From Planctomycetota bacterium (GTDB lineage: Bacteria; Planctomycetota; B15-G4; JADJEK01): 64,000 nt of DNA. Location of the stretch: the NCBI GenBank assembly GCA_044225365.1, contig JBGAIQ010000006.1, positions 64,001 through 128,000 on the forward strand, read 5' to 3'. Under the pieces are notes generated by a model. That model searched no databases. It saw only the letters and a list, made by a program, of their open reading frames with translations, and was not told the origin of the DNA. The position numbers and the translations under genes were made by a program. Every line of letters starts with the position of its first letter. Position 1 is the stretch's first letter. Positions 38,885 to 49,400 of this stretch are shown in pieces.

Positions 38885-39148
38885 CCGTCAGCTCCTCACC
38901 ACTCGATCGACTCCAAGAGTCGCGCGCGGCGCTCCTTCCACGGGAGGAGGGCGGGCGAGTCCAAGAGGGGATCGTCGAAGCGCCCCATCCTAAGCGCTTC
39001 GTTCGCGGATTTCGCGGGTCTCGACGGCACTGCGGCGGCATTATTCGCATTCCGTGCAACTTGCGTGACGGCAGCGCGATCGGATGGGAGCGACGGGATC
39101 TCCGCGGCGCGGCGGCGCGGACGATTGGAAGGTCTCCGCAGACGACCA

Positions 39149-39418
39149 TCAACTTCTGCGAAAACGGACTCCGAGGGGATTCTGGAGCAGACCGAGATCC
39201 TGCAGGATCCCGAGTCGGCGCAGGATCACGGGCGCGAGCTCGGGGTGTTCCTCGAGGATGTCACGAAGTCCATCCTCCCCTTCCTCCTCCTGGCAGGCGA
39301 TCGCCAGCGCAACGAGTTGCCGCAGCTCGCCCGACTCGACACGCGCACCCGGGGCGCTGTGCGAGTTGGGCGCGCGCTGCTGCGCACCATCGTCGGAAGC
39401 TGGATCGAGATCGACCAT
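39149..39418 (-). CDS. small protein resembling the N-terminal pre-kinase module of planctomycete Ser/Thr kinases
   Basis: LVALAIACQEEEGEDGLRDILEEHPELAPVILRRLGILQDLGLL; no kinase domain follows. Confidence 0.5.
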   Translation of the reverse strand: MVDLDPASDDGAQQRAPNSHSAPGARVESGELRQLVALAIACQEEEGEDGLRDILEEHPELAPVILRRLGILQDLGLLQNPLGVRFRRS

Positions 39419-39589
39419 GACGTGCCTGAAGAGGGAACCTTTGCCTCGTGCCGGGACGGCGAATCTGAAAGAGATCTACGAATGCCACACGCATGATCCG
39501 AGGCGATTCGAGGACGTCCCGGAGTTTCTCCGAAGGAAGGGTAGATTGCGAGAGCGATGCCGAAGCTGCCCCTCACGTCCGCGTCAGGA

Positions 39590-40849
39590 ATGAAACACGA
39601 AGCGTTTCGCGTCGCTGTGATCGGCGGCGGCCCCGCCGGCCTGATGGCGGCCACCGAACTGGGTCCGTCCTGCGCCCCGCAGAACGTCGCCATCGACCTC
39701 TACGAGTCGATGCCGTCGGTCGGTAGGAAACTCCTCGTCGCCGGAGTCGGAGGTCTGAACCTCACCCATTCCGAAGCCCTCGAGACGTTCGCTGCGCGCT
39801 ACGGTGCCGAGGCCGAGCGGTTCGAACGCTTCCTGCGCATCTTCTCGCCGACCCATCTGCGGGAGTTCGCGGCGAGGCTCGGCGTCGAGACGATGATCGG
39901 AAGCTCCGGTCGCGTGTTCCCGGTTTCGTTGAAGGCCGCTCCGCTCCTGCGATCGTGGGTCCGCGAGATGAAGCGCCTCGGAATTCGCATCCATACGCGT
40001 CATCGGCTCGTCGATCTCGCGCCTGGCCCGCGGCTGACAATTCAACACGGCGACGCGCCTCCTTTCGTCGAAACGCCCGACGCCGTCGTCCTCGCGCTCG
40101 GCGGAGCGACCTGGAGGCGGCTCGGATCGGATGGTTTGTGGACGCGCCTGCTCGCGAATCACGGCGTCGATCTCCGCCCTTTCCAGCCGTCGAATTGCGG
40201 TTTCGAGGTTGCATGGTCGCCGCACTTCAAGGATCGCTTCGAGGGCACGCCACTCAAGAACATCGCACTCGAATTCGCCGGCAAGCGAGTGCCGGGCGAA
40301 CTGGTGATCACGCGTTATGGCCTCGAGGGCGGTCCGCTCTACGCGCTCTCGAAGGAGCTCCGCAGCGCCATCGAGACGAGCGGATCGGCGCGTATAACGA
40401 TCGACCTCAAACCGGCGTGGAGCGAAGGACAGATCCGCGAACGCCTCGAACTGCCACGGGGTGGACGCTCGGTCTCCGACCACCTCAGGAAGACCCTACG
40501 ACAGGGCAACGTCGCGTTCCCGCTGCTCCGCGAGACCTCGCTCGCCGCCGATCTGAACGACTCGCGGCGCGCTGCGTCGCTCGTGAAGGCGCTTCCGCTC
40601 GTTCTGCGCGGCGTGCGCTCCCTCGACGAAGCGATCTCGAGCGCGGGCGGAGTCTCGTTCCTTGCGGTCGACGAGCACTTGATGCTGACGGCCCTGCCGG
40701 GATTCTTCGTCGCAGGCGAGATGCTCGACTACGAGCCACCGACCGGCGGGTACTTGCTGCAAGCGGCTTTCACGACCGGGGTTGTCGCTAGCCGTGGGGT
40801 GGCGGACTGGCTGCGACGCCAACGATCGGCGGATCCGCCCCAGAATTGA
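39590..40849 (+). CDS. HI0933/BaiN-like flavoprotein (TIGR03862 type)
   Basis: IGGGPAGLMAA, GRKLLVAGVGGLNLT, GSSGRVFP, LALGGATW, EAISSAGGV, AGEMLD, TGGYLLQ. Confidence 0.92.
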   Translation: MKHEAFRVAVIGGGPAGLMAATELGPSCAPQNVAIDLYESMPSVGRKLLVAGVGGLNLTHSEALETFAARYGAEAERFERFLRIFSPTHLREFAARLGVETMIGSSGRVFPVSLKAAPLLRSWVREMKRLGIRIHTRHRLVDLAPGPRLTIQHGDAPPFVETPDAVVLALGGATWRRLGSDGLWTRLLANHGVDLRPFQPSNCGFEVAWSPHFKDRFEGTPLKNIALEFAGKRVPGELVITRYGLEGGPLYALSKELRSAIETSGSARITIDLKPAWSEGQIRERLELPRGGRSVSDHLRKTLRQGNVAFPLLRETSLAADLNDSRRAASLVKALPLVLRGVRSLDEAISSAGGVSFLAVDEHLMLTALPGFFVAGEMLDYEPPTGGYLLQAAFTTGVVASRGVADWLRRQRSADPPQN

Positions 40850-40897
40850 GGCGAACAAAGTCAAATTCATCGACAACAAGCATAATTTCTTTCACGG

Positions 40898-40925
40898 TTG
40901 ACTCTGATTCGGTCGATTTTATTCT
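40898..40925 (+). promoter_or_regulatory. putative sigma70 promoter of glnA in an AT-rich intergenic tract
   Basis: TTGACT-16 nt-TATTCT. Confidence 0.45.
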
Positions 40926-40995
40926 GTTTGAGCGATCTTGGATCTCAACGCCGAGATCTAGAGTCCACGCCACCCCAAGAGCCAGGTCAACCGCC

Positions 40996-42435
40996 ATGTC
41001 TGACACACCCCTGCGCGACTTCCTCGAAATCCCCTACGACAAGCTCGAGGAGATGAACCTCGAGTCCAAGAAGGCCCGCGAGGACCGGGTCGACCCCGGC
41101 ACCCTCGGCGAACAGCGCATGCGCTACCTCACCGACGAGAAGCGCATCAAGGCCGTCACGGTCTGTTTCACCGACCTCGAAGGCCGCTTCCACATGCTCG
41201 ACTACGACAAGAAGTTCTTGTTGAAGTCGCAGGACAACCTCACGTTCGATGGCAGTTCGATCCGCGGGTTCTCGCAGCAAGCCGAATCGGACCTGCGCCT
41301 CGGACTCGACTGGACGTCGTTCTACTGGCTGCCGTCCGACGTCTTCGGCCCGGGCAAAGTGCTGATCTTCGGCGACGTGCTCGGCCGCGACGGCGAGATC
41401 TACCCCTCCGACATGCGCGCCAAGCTGAAGTCGTACATGGCCGACCTCTACAAGAAGGAAGGCTACGTCTGCAACGCGGCGAACGAGATCGAAGGGTTCT
41501 TGTTCAAGGGCCGTGACGCGGAGCGCAACTACCACGAGACGGGCAAGCTCGAGTTCCTGTCGACCGGTGGTTACTACCACTCGCTGCCAGGTGACCCGCT
41601 CCGTCAGTTCATCGATTCGGTCGCCGAGACGCAGCGCGCGATGGGCTTCGCGAACGAGAAGGATCACGCCGAGGTGGCGCCCTCGCAGTTCGAGGTCAAC
41701 TACAGCTACACCGAAGCGATCGGCGCCGCCGACCAGGTGCAGCTCTACAAGCTCGTCTGTCGCCAGATCGCGCACAAGTACGACATGACGGCGAGCTTCC
41801 TCCCCAAGCCCGTCGCGGGCGTCAACGGCAACGGCATGCACACCAACATGTCGGTGTCGAAGAAGGGCAAGAACATCTTCTGGGACAGCAAGGGCGAAGA
41901 CATGCTGTCGGCCTTCGGCTGGGACTTCATCGATCGCATCCTGACGAGCGCGACCGATATCTGCCTCACGCTGAATCCGAGCGTCAACGCCTATCGCCGT
42001 CTCGACCCGCATTTCGAAGCGCCGAACCAGATCAAGGCGTCCGCGAACAATCGCGGCGCCATGGTCCGCATCCCGACGGGCAACGAGCGCAGCAAGCGCG
42101 TCGAAGTCCGCTCGGTGGCGCCCGACGCGAATCCGTACATGGTGATGTACACGCTGTTCAAGACGGGCCTCGAAGGCCCGAAGGATCCCGCCGAGGCCGA
42201 GGCGAAGCGCAGCCGCACGCGCTTCCTTCCGGACAACATCTATGACGCGATCCGCATGTTCAAGAGCAGCAAGTTCGCGAGCGAGTTGCTCGGCGAAGCG
42301 GTCCACGGAAAGTTCGCCGACGTGAAGATGATGCAGGCCGAACGCTGCCCGAAGTCGCTCGGCGCGCTCGTGAAGACCGCCGAGGTCCAGTTCCATCACG
42401 AGATCACGAACCAGCTCCTGTGGAGCAAGTTCTGA
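40996..42435 (+). CDS. glnA: glutamine synthetase (type I family)
   Basis: FDGSSIRGF, EIEGFLF, HAEVAPSQFE, PKPVAGVNGNGMH, NAYRRL, NRGAMVRIP, EVRSVAPDANPY. Confidence 0.92.
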   Translation: MSDTPLRDFLEIPYDKLEEMNLESKKAREDRVDPGTLGEQRMRYLTDEKRIKAVTVCFTDLEGRFHMLDYDKKFLLKSQDNLTFDGSSIRGFSQQAESDLRLGLDWTSFYWLPSDVFGPGKVLIFGDVLGRDGEIYPSDMRAKLKSYMADLYKKEGYVCNAANEIEGFLFKGRDAERNYHETGKLEFLSTGGYYHSLPGDPLRQFIDSVAETQRAMGFANEKDHAEVAPSQFEVNYSYTEAIGAADQVQLYKLVCRQIAHKYDMTASFLPKPVAGVNGNGMHTNMSVSKKGKNIFWDSKGEDMLSAFGWDFIDRILTSATDICLTLNPSVNAYRRLDPHFEAPNQIKASANNRGAMVRIPTGNERSKRVEVRSVAPDANPYMVMYTLFKTGLEGPKDPAEAEAKRSRTRFLPDNIYDAIRMFKSSKFASELLGEAVHGKFADVKMMQAERCPKSLGALVKTAEVQFHHEITNQLLWSKF

Positions 42436-42871
42436 CGTAACGTCCAGCGAGTGATCGAACAGAACGCGGTTGGCGGACGGGAGTCCGCTGACCGCGTTTC
42501 GTTTGCACTCCGCGCATTGCGGCGAGGATCGCCTGGCCGGGTGAATCCTGCCATCGAGCGCGGGTAGAATTCGGCCGTTCTTGATTCACGCCGAATGCCG
42601 GCACGACTGTGGCGCCGGCAACGGGGGACCCAACGCGAAGAACGCGATCGACGTGTGTCGATCGCGAGTTTCGCCGGGGCGAATCGACGATCGCGTCGAC
42701 GGAGACTCCATGCTCCGAGCCCGTCAGCTAACCTCGTAGGCCGACGCTGGAGAACGATGCTGCGGCTCGTTGTACCCTTCGATTCCTTCTCGCTCGCGTT
42801 CGCGAGCTCCTCACTCGGCGTTCCCTCCACGCGCGGCCGGTCGGCTTCCAACTCTTTGGGGGTCATCGGTC

Positions 42872-44875
42872 ATGTTCGATCTCGTCACGATTTCCATCCT
42901 CGTCGGCGCCCTGCTCGCACTCCTCGTGCTGCGCCTCACCATCCGCTACGTGCCGAACCAGATGGTCGGCATCGTCGAGAAACTCTGGAGCCTCCGCGGT
43001 TCGATCGAATCCGGACTCATCGCACTCGATGGCAAGGCCGGATTCCAACCCGTGGTGCTCCGCGGCGGCATTCACTTCCTCGTGCCCTTCCAGTACGCGG
43101 TCCATCGCGTGCCGCTCGTCACGATCCCACAAGGCCAGATCGGGTACGTGTTCGCTCGCGACGGCCTCTCGCTCGAATCGACGCAGTCGCTCGCATCGAA
43201 TGCGAAGGCGAGTGACTTCGAAGACGTCGCGGCCTTCCTGAAGGACGGAGGCCAGCGCGGACCCCAGCGCAAGCTGCTGCGCGAAGGCACGTACGCACTC
43301 AATCTCGCCCAGTTCGCGGTGATCACGGCCGACCGCGTCCACGTGCTCGCGCTCGATCGCACGGACACGGCGTTGTTCGAACGCATGCAACATCTGATCG
43401 CGGAGCGGGACGGCTTCCGCCCGATCGTGATTCGCGGCGCGGACGACAAGATCGGCATCGTCACCGTCCACGACGGCCCACCGCTCGAGGCGGGCGAGAT
43501 CATCGCGCCGGTCGTGGGCGACAGCTCGGGTCACGCGAAGGGCGGACACGACAACTTCCAGGATCCCGAAGCCTTCCTCCTCGCAGGCGGTCGTCGCGGC
43601 CGTCAGCTCCAGGTGCTCGTCGACGGCACGTGGTTCCTCAATCGCTTGTTCGCGACCGTCGAACTCGTCGAGAAGACGGTGGTCGAAGTCGGCTCGGTGG
43701 GCGTCGTCGTGTGGTACGCCGGCGCGACCGGACCGGACCTCTCGGGCGCCGACTACAAGCACGGCGAACTCGTCGCTCGCGGCGAGCGCGGCGTGTGGCG
43801 CGAGCCCTTGCTCCCTGGCAAGTACGCGTTCAACACCTGCGCCGGCCGCGTCATCTCCGTGCCGACGACGAACTTCATCCTGAAGTGGATTCGCAGCGAG
43901 GCCGGAGCGCACCGCTTCGACGAGAACCTGAAGGAGGTCTCGCTCATCACGAAGGACGCCTTCGAGCCGTCGCTGCCGCTCTCCGTCGTCGTCCACATCG
44001 ACTATCGCCAGGCGCCGCTCGTGATCCAACGATTCGGTGACGTGCGGCGACTCGTCGAGCAAACGATCGACCCGATGGTCTCCGCGTACTTCAAGAACGT
44101 AGGCCAGACGCGCACGCTCATCCAACTGCTGCAGGATCGCAGCGCGATCCAGGATCAGGCGAGCGCGGAGATGCAGACGAAGTTCCGCCACTACAACATC
44201 GAACTCGAGGAAGTCCTGATCGGCACGCCGACCTCGGTGAACGACTCCCGCATCGAGGAGATCCTCGCGCAGCTGCGCGCGAGGCAGATCGCGGAGGAGC
44301 AGATCGAGACCTACGTGCGCCAGCAGAAGGCCGCGGATCAGGAACGCGTGCTGCGCGAAGCCGAGTCACGAGCCCGCGAGCAGCAACGTCTCACGGAGTC
44401 CGAGATCGCGATCACGATCCGCGGCAACCAAGGCAAGGCGGAGTACCAGCGTGCGGTCGCGGAAGCGGCGCAGGTTCGGCTGCTCGCGGAGGCCAACGCG
44501 GAGCGTGAGGCGCGGATCGGCGTGGGCAAGGCGATCGCGGCCGAGGAACTCGTCCGCGCCTACGGTGGCCCGCGATTCCAGGTCACGCAGCAGGTGATGG
44601 ACCGCTTCGCCCAGGCGATCGAGACCGCGCGCGTCGACGTGGTGCCGAAGATCGTCGTCGGCGGCAACGGGCGTGAGGGTGCAGGCGAGAGCCACGGCTC
44701 GGGCACGGGCTTGATCGAGACGCTCCTCACGCTGCTGTTGTCCGATCGCATGCTGCCCGACGCGATCTCCGCCGCGGAGACGCGATCGTCACCGATCGCC
44801 GAAGCGATGCGCGCGGACCTTCGCGCGAAAATCGCTCGGAACGGCGACGCATCACCGCAGCGTCCCGCGGCGTGA
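42872..44875 (+). CDS. SPFH/flotillin (band 7) domain protein
   Basis: N-terminal TM; repeated GQRGPQ/GRRGRQ segments; ITKDAFEPSLPLSVVVHIDY; Ala/Glu coiled coil. Confidence 0.88.
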   Translation: MFDLVTISILVGALLALLVLRLTIRYVPNQMVGIVEKLWSLRGSIESGLIALDGKAGFQPVVLRGGIHFLVPFQYAVHRVPLVTIPQGQIGYVFARDGLSLESTQSLASNAKASDFEDVAAFLKDGGQRGPQRKLLREGTYALNLAQFAVITADRVHVLALDRTDTALFERMQHLIAERDGFRPIVIRGADDKIGIVTVHDGPPLEAGEIIAPVVGDSSGHAKGGHDNFQDPEAFLLAGGRRGRQLQVLVDGTWFLNRLFATVELVEKTVVEVGSVGVVVWYAGATGPDLSGADYKHGELVARGERGVWREPLLPGKYAFNTCAGRVISVPTTNFILKWIRSEAGAHRFDENLKEVSLITKDAFEPSLPLSVVVHIDYRQAPLVIQRFGDVRRLVEQTIDPMVSAYFKNVGQTRTLIQLLQDRSAIQDQASAEMQTKFRHYNIELEEVLIGTPTSVNDSRIEEILAQLRARQIAEEQIETYVRQQKAADQERVLREAESRAREQQRLTESEIAITIRGNQGKAEYQRAVAEAAQVRLLAEANAEREARIGVGKAIAAEELVRAYGGPRFQVTQQVMDRFAQAIETARVDVVPKIVVGGNGREGAGESHGSGTGLIETLLTLLLSDRMLPDAISAAETRSSPIAEAMRADLRAKIARNGDASPQRPAA

Positions 44876-45009
44876 TGCCGTCTCGCTCGAGGAATCGCGT
44901 CGTGGATCGTGGCGCGAGTGCACGATCCACACGCGAGACCCTGATGTGAACGGACACGAAACCGCTAAGGTCGGGATGTCTGCTGCGATCGCGCCGGAGA
45001 ACCCATCCT

Positions 45010-45312
45010 ATGGTCGCCTACCTCATCGTCGACGTCGATGTGAAAGACCCCGTTCGCTACGCCGAATACGTCCAGCAGGTGCCGCCGACGATCGCGAAGT
45101 ACGGCGGCAAGTTCCTCGTCCGCGGCGGGAAGACCGAAGTGATCGAAGGAACGTGGCAGCCGAAGCGCGTCGTCGTGCTCGAGTTCGAGAGCGTCGCGCG
45201 CGCGAAGGAGTGGTACCACAGCGAAGAGTATCGCGGGCCACGGGACATCCGCTGGTCGGCCTCGACCGCGAACTTGATCGTGGTGGAAGGCGTCGCCGCG
45301 CCGATCCTGTAG
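45010..45312 (+). CDS. DUF1330 domain protein
   Basis: AYLIVD, YGGKFLVRGG, VLEFES...WYHSEEY. Confidence 0.93.
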   Translation: MVAYLIVDVDVKDPVRYAEYVQQVPPTIAKYGGKFLVRGGKTEVIEGTWQPKRVVVLEFESVARAKEWYHSEEYRGPRDIRWSASTANLIVVEGVAAPIL

Positions 45313-45349
45313 CGGATCCCCGACGGCGCGGGCCGACGTCCATCGGACA

Positions 45350-46462
45350 TCACGCGTTCCTCGCCATCGTCGCGAGATTCCCGCAGGTGATCTTTGGATG
45401 CACCGCGGGCTCCTCGTTGCTCGCGGTCGCGACGACGACGTCGGGATCGATCCATCGCTGGTAGTACGTGACGACCTTGCCGGTGTGGCCGGAATGCGCG
45501 TACTCGGTCATGCCGCCGTTGTTCGAAACCTCCCAACCGCAAGCGTAGTTGTTGAGGCCGACCGTGTAGTACTTCTTCTTCACCGCGTCGCTCAGCACCT
45601 TCGTTCCGCGCAGTGCGCGGTCCCATAGAAGCATGTCGGACACCGACGCGACGATCCCGCCCGCGCCGCGGTAGCCCCAGCTCAACTTGTCGCCGTACGC
45701 GAACCTCACGCCCTTGCCGCGGTCGTCGAGCGGCACCCGATCCATCGGCAGCTTGGGATCGCCGATGATGTACGTGTCGCTCATCTCCGCGGGCTTGAAG
45801 ACGTTCTCGTGAACGTAGTCCTCGTAGGACTTGCTCGACAGCTTTTCGATGAGAGCCGCGAGGAAGAAGTAGGCGGCGTTGCTGTACTCCCAGTTCGTGC
45901 CCGGCTCGTTCTTCACGGGACAAGCGAGGAACCATCGCATCAGCGCGTCGCGGTCATTCGCCTCCGTCTGCGAGAACTCCTTGCCGCCGTCCGACGTAAT
46001 GCCGCTCGTGTGATTCATCAAGTGCCGCACGAGGACCTTCGCCTTGTCCTTCGGGCAGTCCTTCACGAATTTCGAGAGGGGCTGATCGATGTCGATCTTC
46101 TTCGCCATCTCGAGGCGCAGAATCGCGGCCGAGGTCCACTGCTTCGTGACCGAGCACCAGTCGAAGAGCGCGTCGGGACCGATCGGCTTCTTGTTCGGGG
46201 CGTTCGCGACCCCGTAGCCCTTCTGGAGCGCGATCTTTCCGTTCTTCGCGACGAGCACGACTCCGGAGTAGCCGTCCTTGTAGTTCTGCGCGCTCGATAG
46301 ATGCTCGTCGAGCCGCTTGCCGAGTTCACCCTCGACGATCGGCTCGCCCACGCCCTTCTTCGTCTTGGCCTTGGGATCGCCGGCGAACGCCAAGCGAGGC
46401 GCCACGCAGGCCGACAGGATCGCTTGGAGCGCATCACGGCGCGAGATCGGAACCCATCGCAT
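45350..46462 (-). CDS. exported serine hydrolase (class C beta-lactamase family)
   Basis: RRDAL Tat-like signal; SVTK, LMNHTSG, YSN, HSG motifs. Confidence 0.88.
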   Translation of the reverse strand: MRWVPISRRDALQAILSACVAPRLAFAGDPKAKTKKGVGEPIVEGELGKRLDEHLSSAQNYKDGYSGVVLVAKNGKIALQKGYGVANAPNKKPIGPDALFDWCSVTKQWTSAAILRLEMAKKIDIDQPLSKFVKDCPKDKAKVLVRHLMNHTSGITSDGGKEFSQTEANDRDALMRWFLACPVKNEPGTNWEYSNAAYFFLAALIEKLSSKSYEDYVHENVFKPAEMSDTYIIGDPKLPMDRVPLDDRGKGVRFAYGDKLSWGYRGAGGIVASVSDMLLWDRALRGTKVLSDAVKKKYYTVGLNNYACGWEVSNNGGMTEYAHSGHTGKVVTYYQRWIDPDVVVATASNEEPAVHPKITCGNLATMARNA

Positions 46463-46470
46463 CGAGGACC

Positions 46471-49400
46471 TCACTTCTTCGCCGGAAACTTCGGCATCAG
46501 GTAGTCCGGCGGATCGCAGGGCACGGGATCGACGAGGAGGCCCTCGATCGCATTCGCCTTCACGGTCACCGGCGAACTCGAGCGATACCACTTCCCATCG
46601 GCGATGAAGCGGATCTCGTAGGTCTCCGGGAAGACGTCGTCGAAGCGGAACGATCCGTCGTCGCCGACCGAAGCGTTCGGCCAGTAGTTCATGAGCGTGG
46701 GCTGCATGAAGAGCACCGCCGTCACGAGGCTGTCCTCGGCATGCGGGATCGCGGCGAGGTTCACCTTTCCACCGACATCGTTCACGGAGTACATGACGAG
46801 TTCGACGCGATTCGCGCCGCCATGCAGCACGACGCCGCGCTCGGTCGAGTTCCCCTCCTGCGAGAAGGATTGAATGTCGTAGGTGCCCGTGAGCAGTCGC
46901 TCGAACGTGAACTCACCCGCGTCGTTCGTGTCCGTCAACTCCGAGGCTCGGCCACCGCACTCGAGCAGACCCATCAGGTTCACCTTGCACTTGCGCGGCT
47001 TGCCATCGGGCGCCTTCACCGTTCCGGAGAGCTTCGCGCTTTGCAGGACGAAATCGGCTCGCATCTCGGGCTTCGTGACGTGGTCGAGGATTCGCGAGAC
47101 GCGAAACGCCGGATCCTTCGAGTGCGCGTCGAGGCTGATCTGTCCGCGCTCCGACTTTGGCGCGACGAATCGATCGATGCGGTACTTCCCCTGCGAATCC
47201 GTCTTCCACGAACGTCGCCCCGAGACGATTCCCTGTTCGAAGTTCTTCGCCTCGATAGAGCAATCCGCGACGGGCTGGCCGTCGAACGTGACGACGCCGG
47301 AAATGCTCATCGCCTCCTCGTCCGGCGCGGCGAAGTACGGGTCCTCTTCGTGGTAGACGAAGATCTTCCCGCCCTCGATCAGCGAGAATTGTGTGGAGCC
47401 CGCCCAGGTAATCGCGTGCGAGAGCACGTCGTTCATCGCCAAGAGCGCGGACTTGTCGACCTGGGCGATCTCACTCGACAACGAGTAGTCCCCCGGAGCG
47501 AGGCCCTCGATCGAGAATGCGCCGCGGTCGTCGGTGTCGTAGAAGGCGACGACGGGCGAGGGTTTCCCCCGCCGAACGGAACTCTCGACGCGCAGGCGCC
47601 GCTTGCTCTCGACCGGCTTTCCGCCGTTCTGAACGATGCCTTCGACGCGAGTTCTCTGCGCTAGTCGAATCGTCCGCGAGGCGACGGATTCGTCGACCTC
47701 GATCGCTTCGACGTGGTCGCTGAACGAGGGATGCCGCACGACGACTTCGTACGCACCGATCGAGAGCGACTCGATCCGGAAGCGGCCGTTCACATCCGAG
47801 GTCGTGCGGGCGAGCGCGAGCACCTCGGCGTGCGGGAGGTTCAGTTGCTCCGACAGCAGCGACTTGTCGTACTCGTTCGGCGTCTTCGAGCGGAGTTCGA
47901 CTTCTGCGCCGAGGACGGGCTTCGCGTTCGCATCGACGACGATCGCGGAGAGGTCCACTCCTCGATCGAGCACGATGTGAACGGGTTCGATCGTGGGATG
48001 ATCCACGGACACGAGGACCGGAGCGGTTCCGTTCGATCGCACGCGCAGCAGCCAGGCGCCGCCCGGAAGATCGCGCGCGACGTAGCGGTGCGGGTGGGAC
48101 GAATCCGAAGCGATCTCGAGCTTCCTCGGTTTCACGAGCTCCAACGCGAGGACTTCCCCTGTCGGATGACCGCGGAACGCGTCCACCCGCAGATCGGCGA
48201 TGGCGGCTCCATCGCGGCGCTCGATGTCGAAGGTGGCCGGGACGCTCGTCGGAAGGACGATCACGGCCTCCCTTCCCACTCGCGCGGGCTTGCTCACGAT
48301 CCAGGGATCGTCCGCCGACTTTCGCGCGGCGACGAGGAGTTCTCGATCGGGCAATCCGTCGCAAGCGAACGCGCCGTCGGCGCGGCTCGTACCCCCGGGG
48401 ATCAGAGCGTGGTACGTGCGCTCCGCGGTCGACGTGGGGCCGACGATCCACTCCGCTCCCTCGATGCCTCGCCCTTTCTCGTCGACGATCCGCCCCGTGA
48501 GCCGATGACCGCGTCCCATCTTCAGGTCGCCGACGTCGTTTGCCTTCGTGCCGTCGACCTTCGTCTTCACTGCCGCGAGAAGGCCCGGCTTCGACGCGAG
48601 GATGCGGGTCCCGATCGCTTCGAGCCCGCGCACCGTGAACGTGCCATCCGCAGCGGTGATCGCGATCGGAAGTCGCAGGCTCGCGACGAGCGCCTTCACG
48701 GGTGGCGGGACATCGACGACGTCGTAGCCGATCGACTCACCTTCTTTGCGCTCGATCGCGAATCGCGTTTCGGGGGCGAGGAACTCCAATGCGACGCCCC
48801 ACAGGATCGTGCCGAGCCCCTGGCCGTCGACCGCCGGCGGCAGTGCGACGACGCGCGCACCGGCGACGGGTTGGCCTTCTTCGTCGATGACGCGACCGCT
48901 CGCGCTTCCCCGCGCGACGAGACGGATGTCGCCGAGATCGACGACCTCCCCCGCCGCGGGCTCACGCTCGGTCGAGCGACTCACGAACCCGTCGTTTCCA
49001 CCCTCGCACACGATCAAGTGACGAGCGAGCGTACGTAGTGGTGCAACCTCGAATCGACCCTTCGCGTCGCACGTCACCGTGACCTCGCGCATGCCGGCAT
49101 CGTCGCCCGTGACGATCGTGGTCGGCGAGAGACGTCGATCGAATTCGAGTACCGTCACCGTCCCGAGTGGAATCGCGTCGCCGCGCGCGTTCACGAGTCG
49201 GCCGCGATATCCACCACAGGTCGATGCCGCGGTGAATGCACTGACCTGCTCGAACTCGACGGATGCTCTTGCGCCGGCTCGATCCTCCTCGACGAGATCC
49301 CGCGTGGCGGTCGACGTGGCCGCGACGACGATCGGTGCATTCGAGTCCGGGCTCGAGCTCGGCAGTGGATTCGCCGCCACCCGTTCCCGCGCCGCGAGAG

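Noticed and set aside
42436-42871. ncRNA in the 435-bp gap after glnA
   Set aside because: Only short GC hairpins, no recognisable family, and no repeat elsewhere in the window that I could see.
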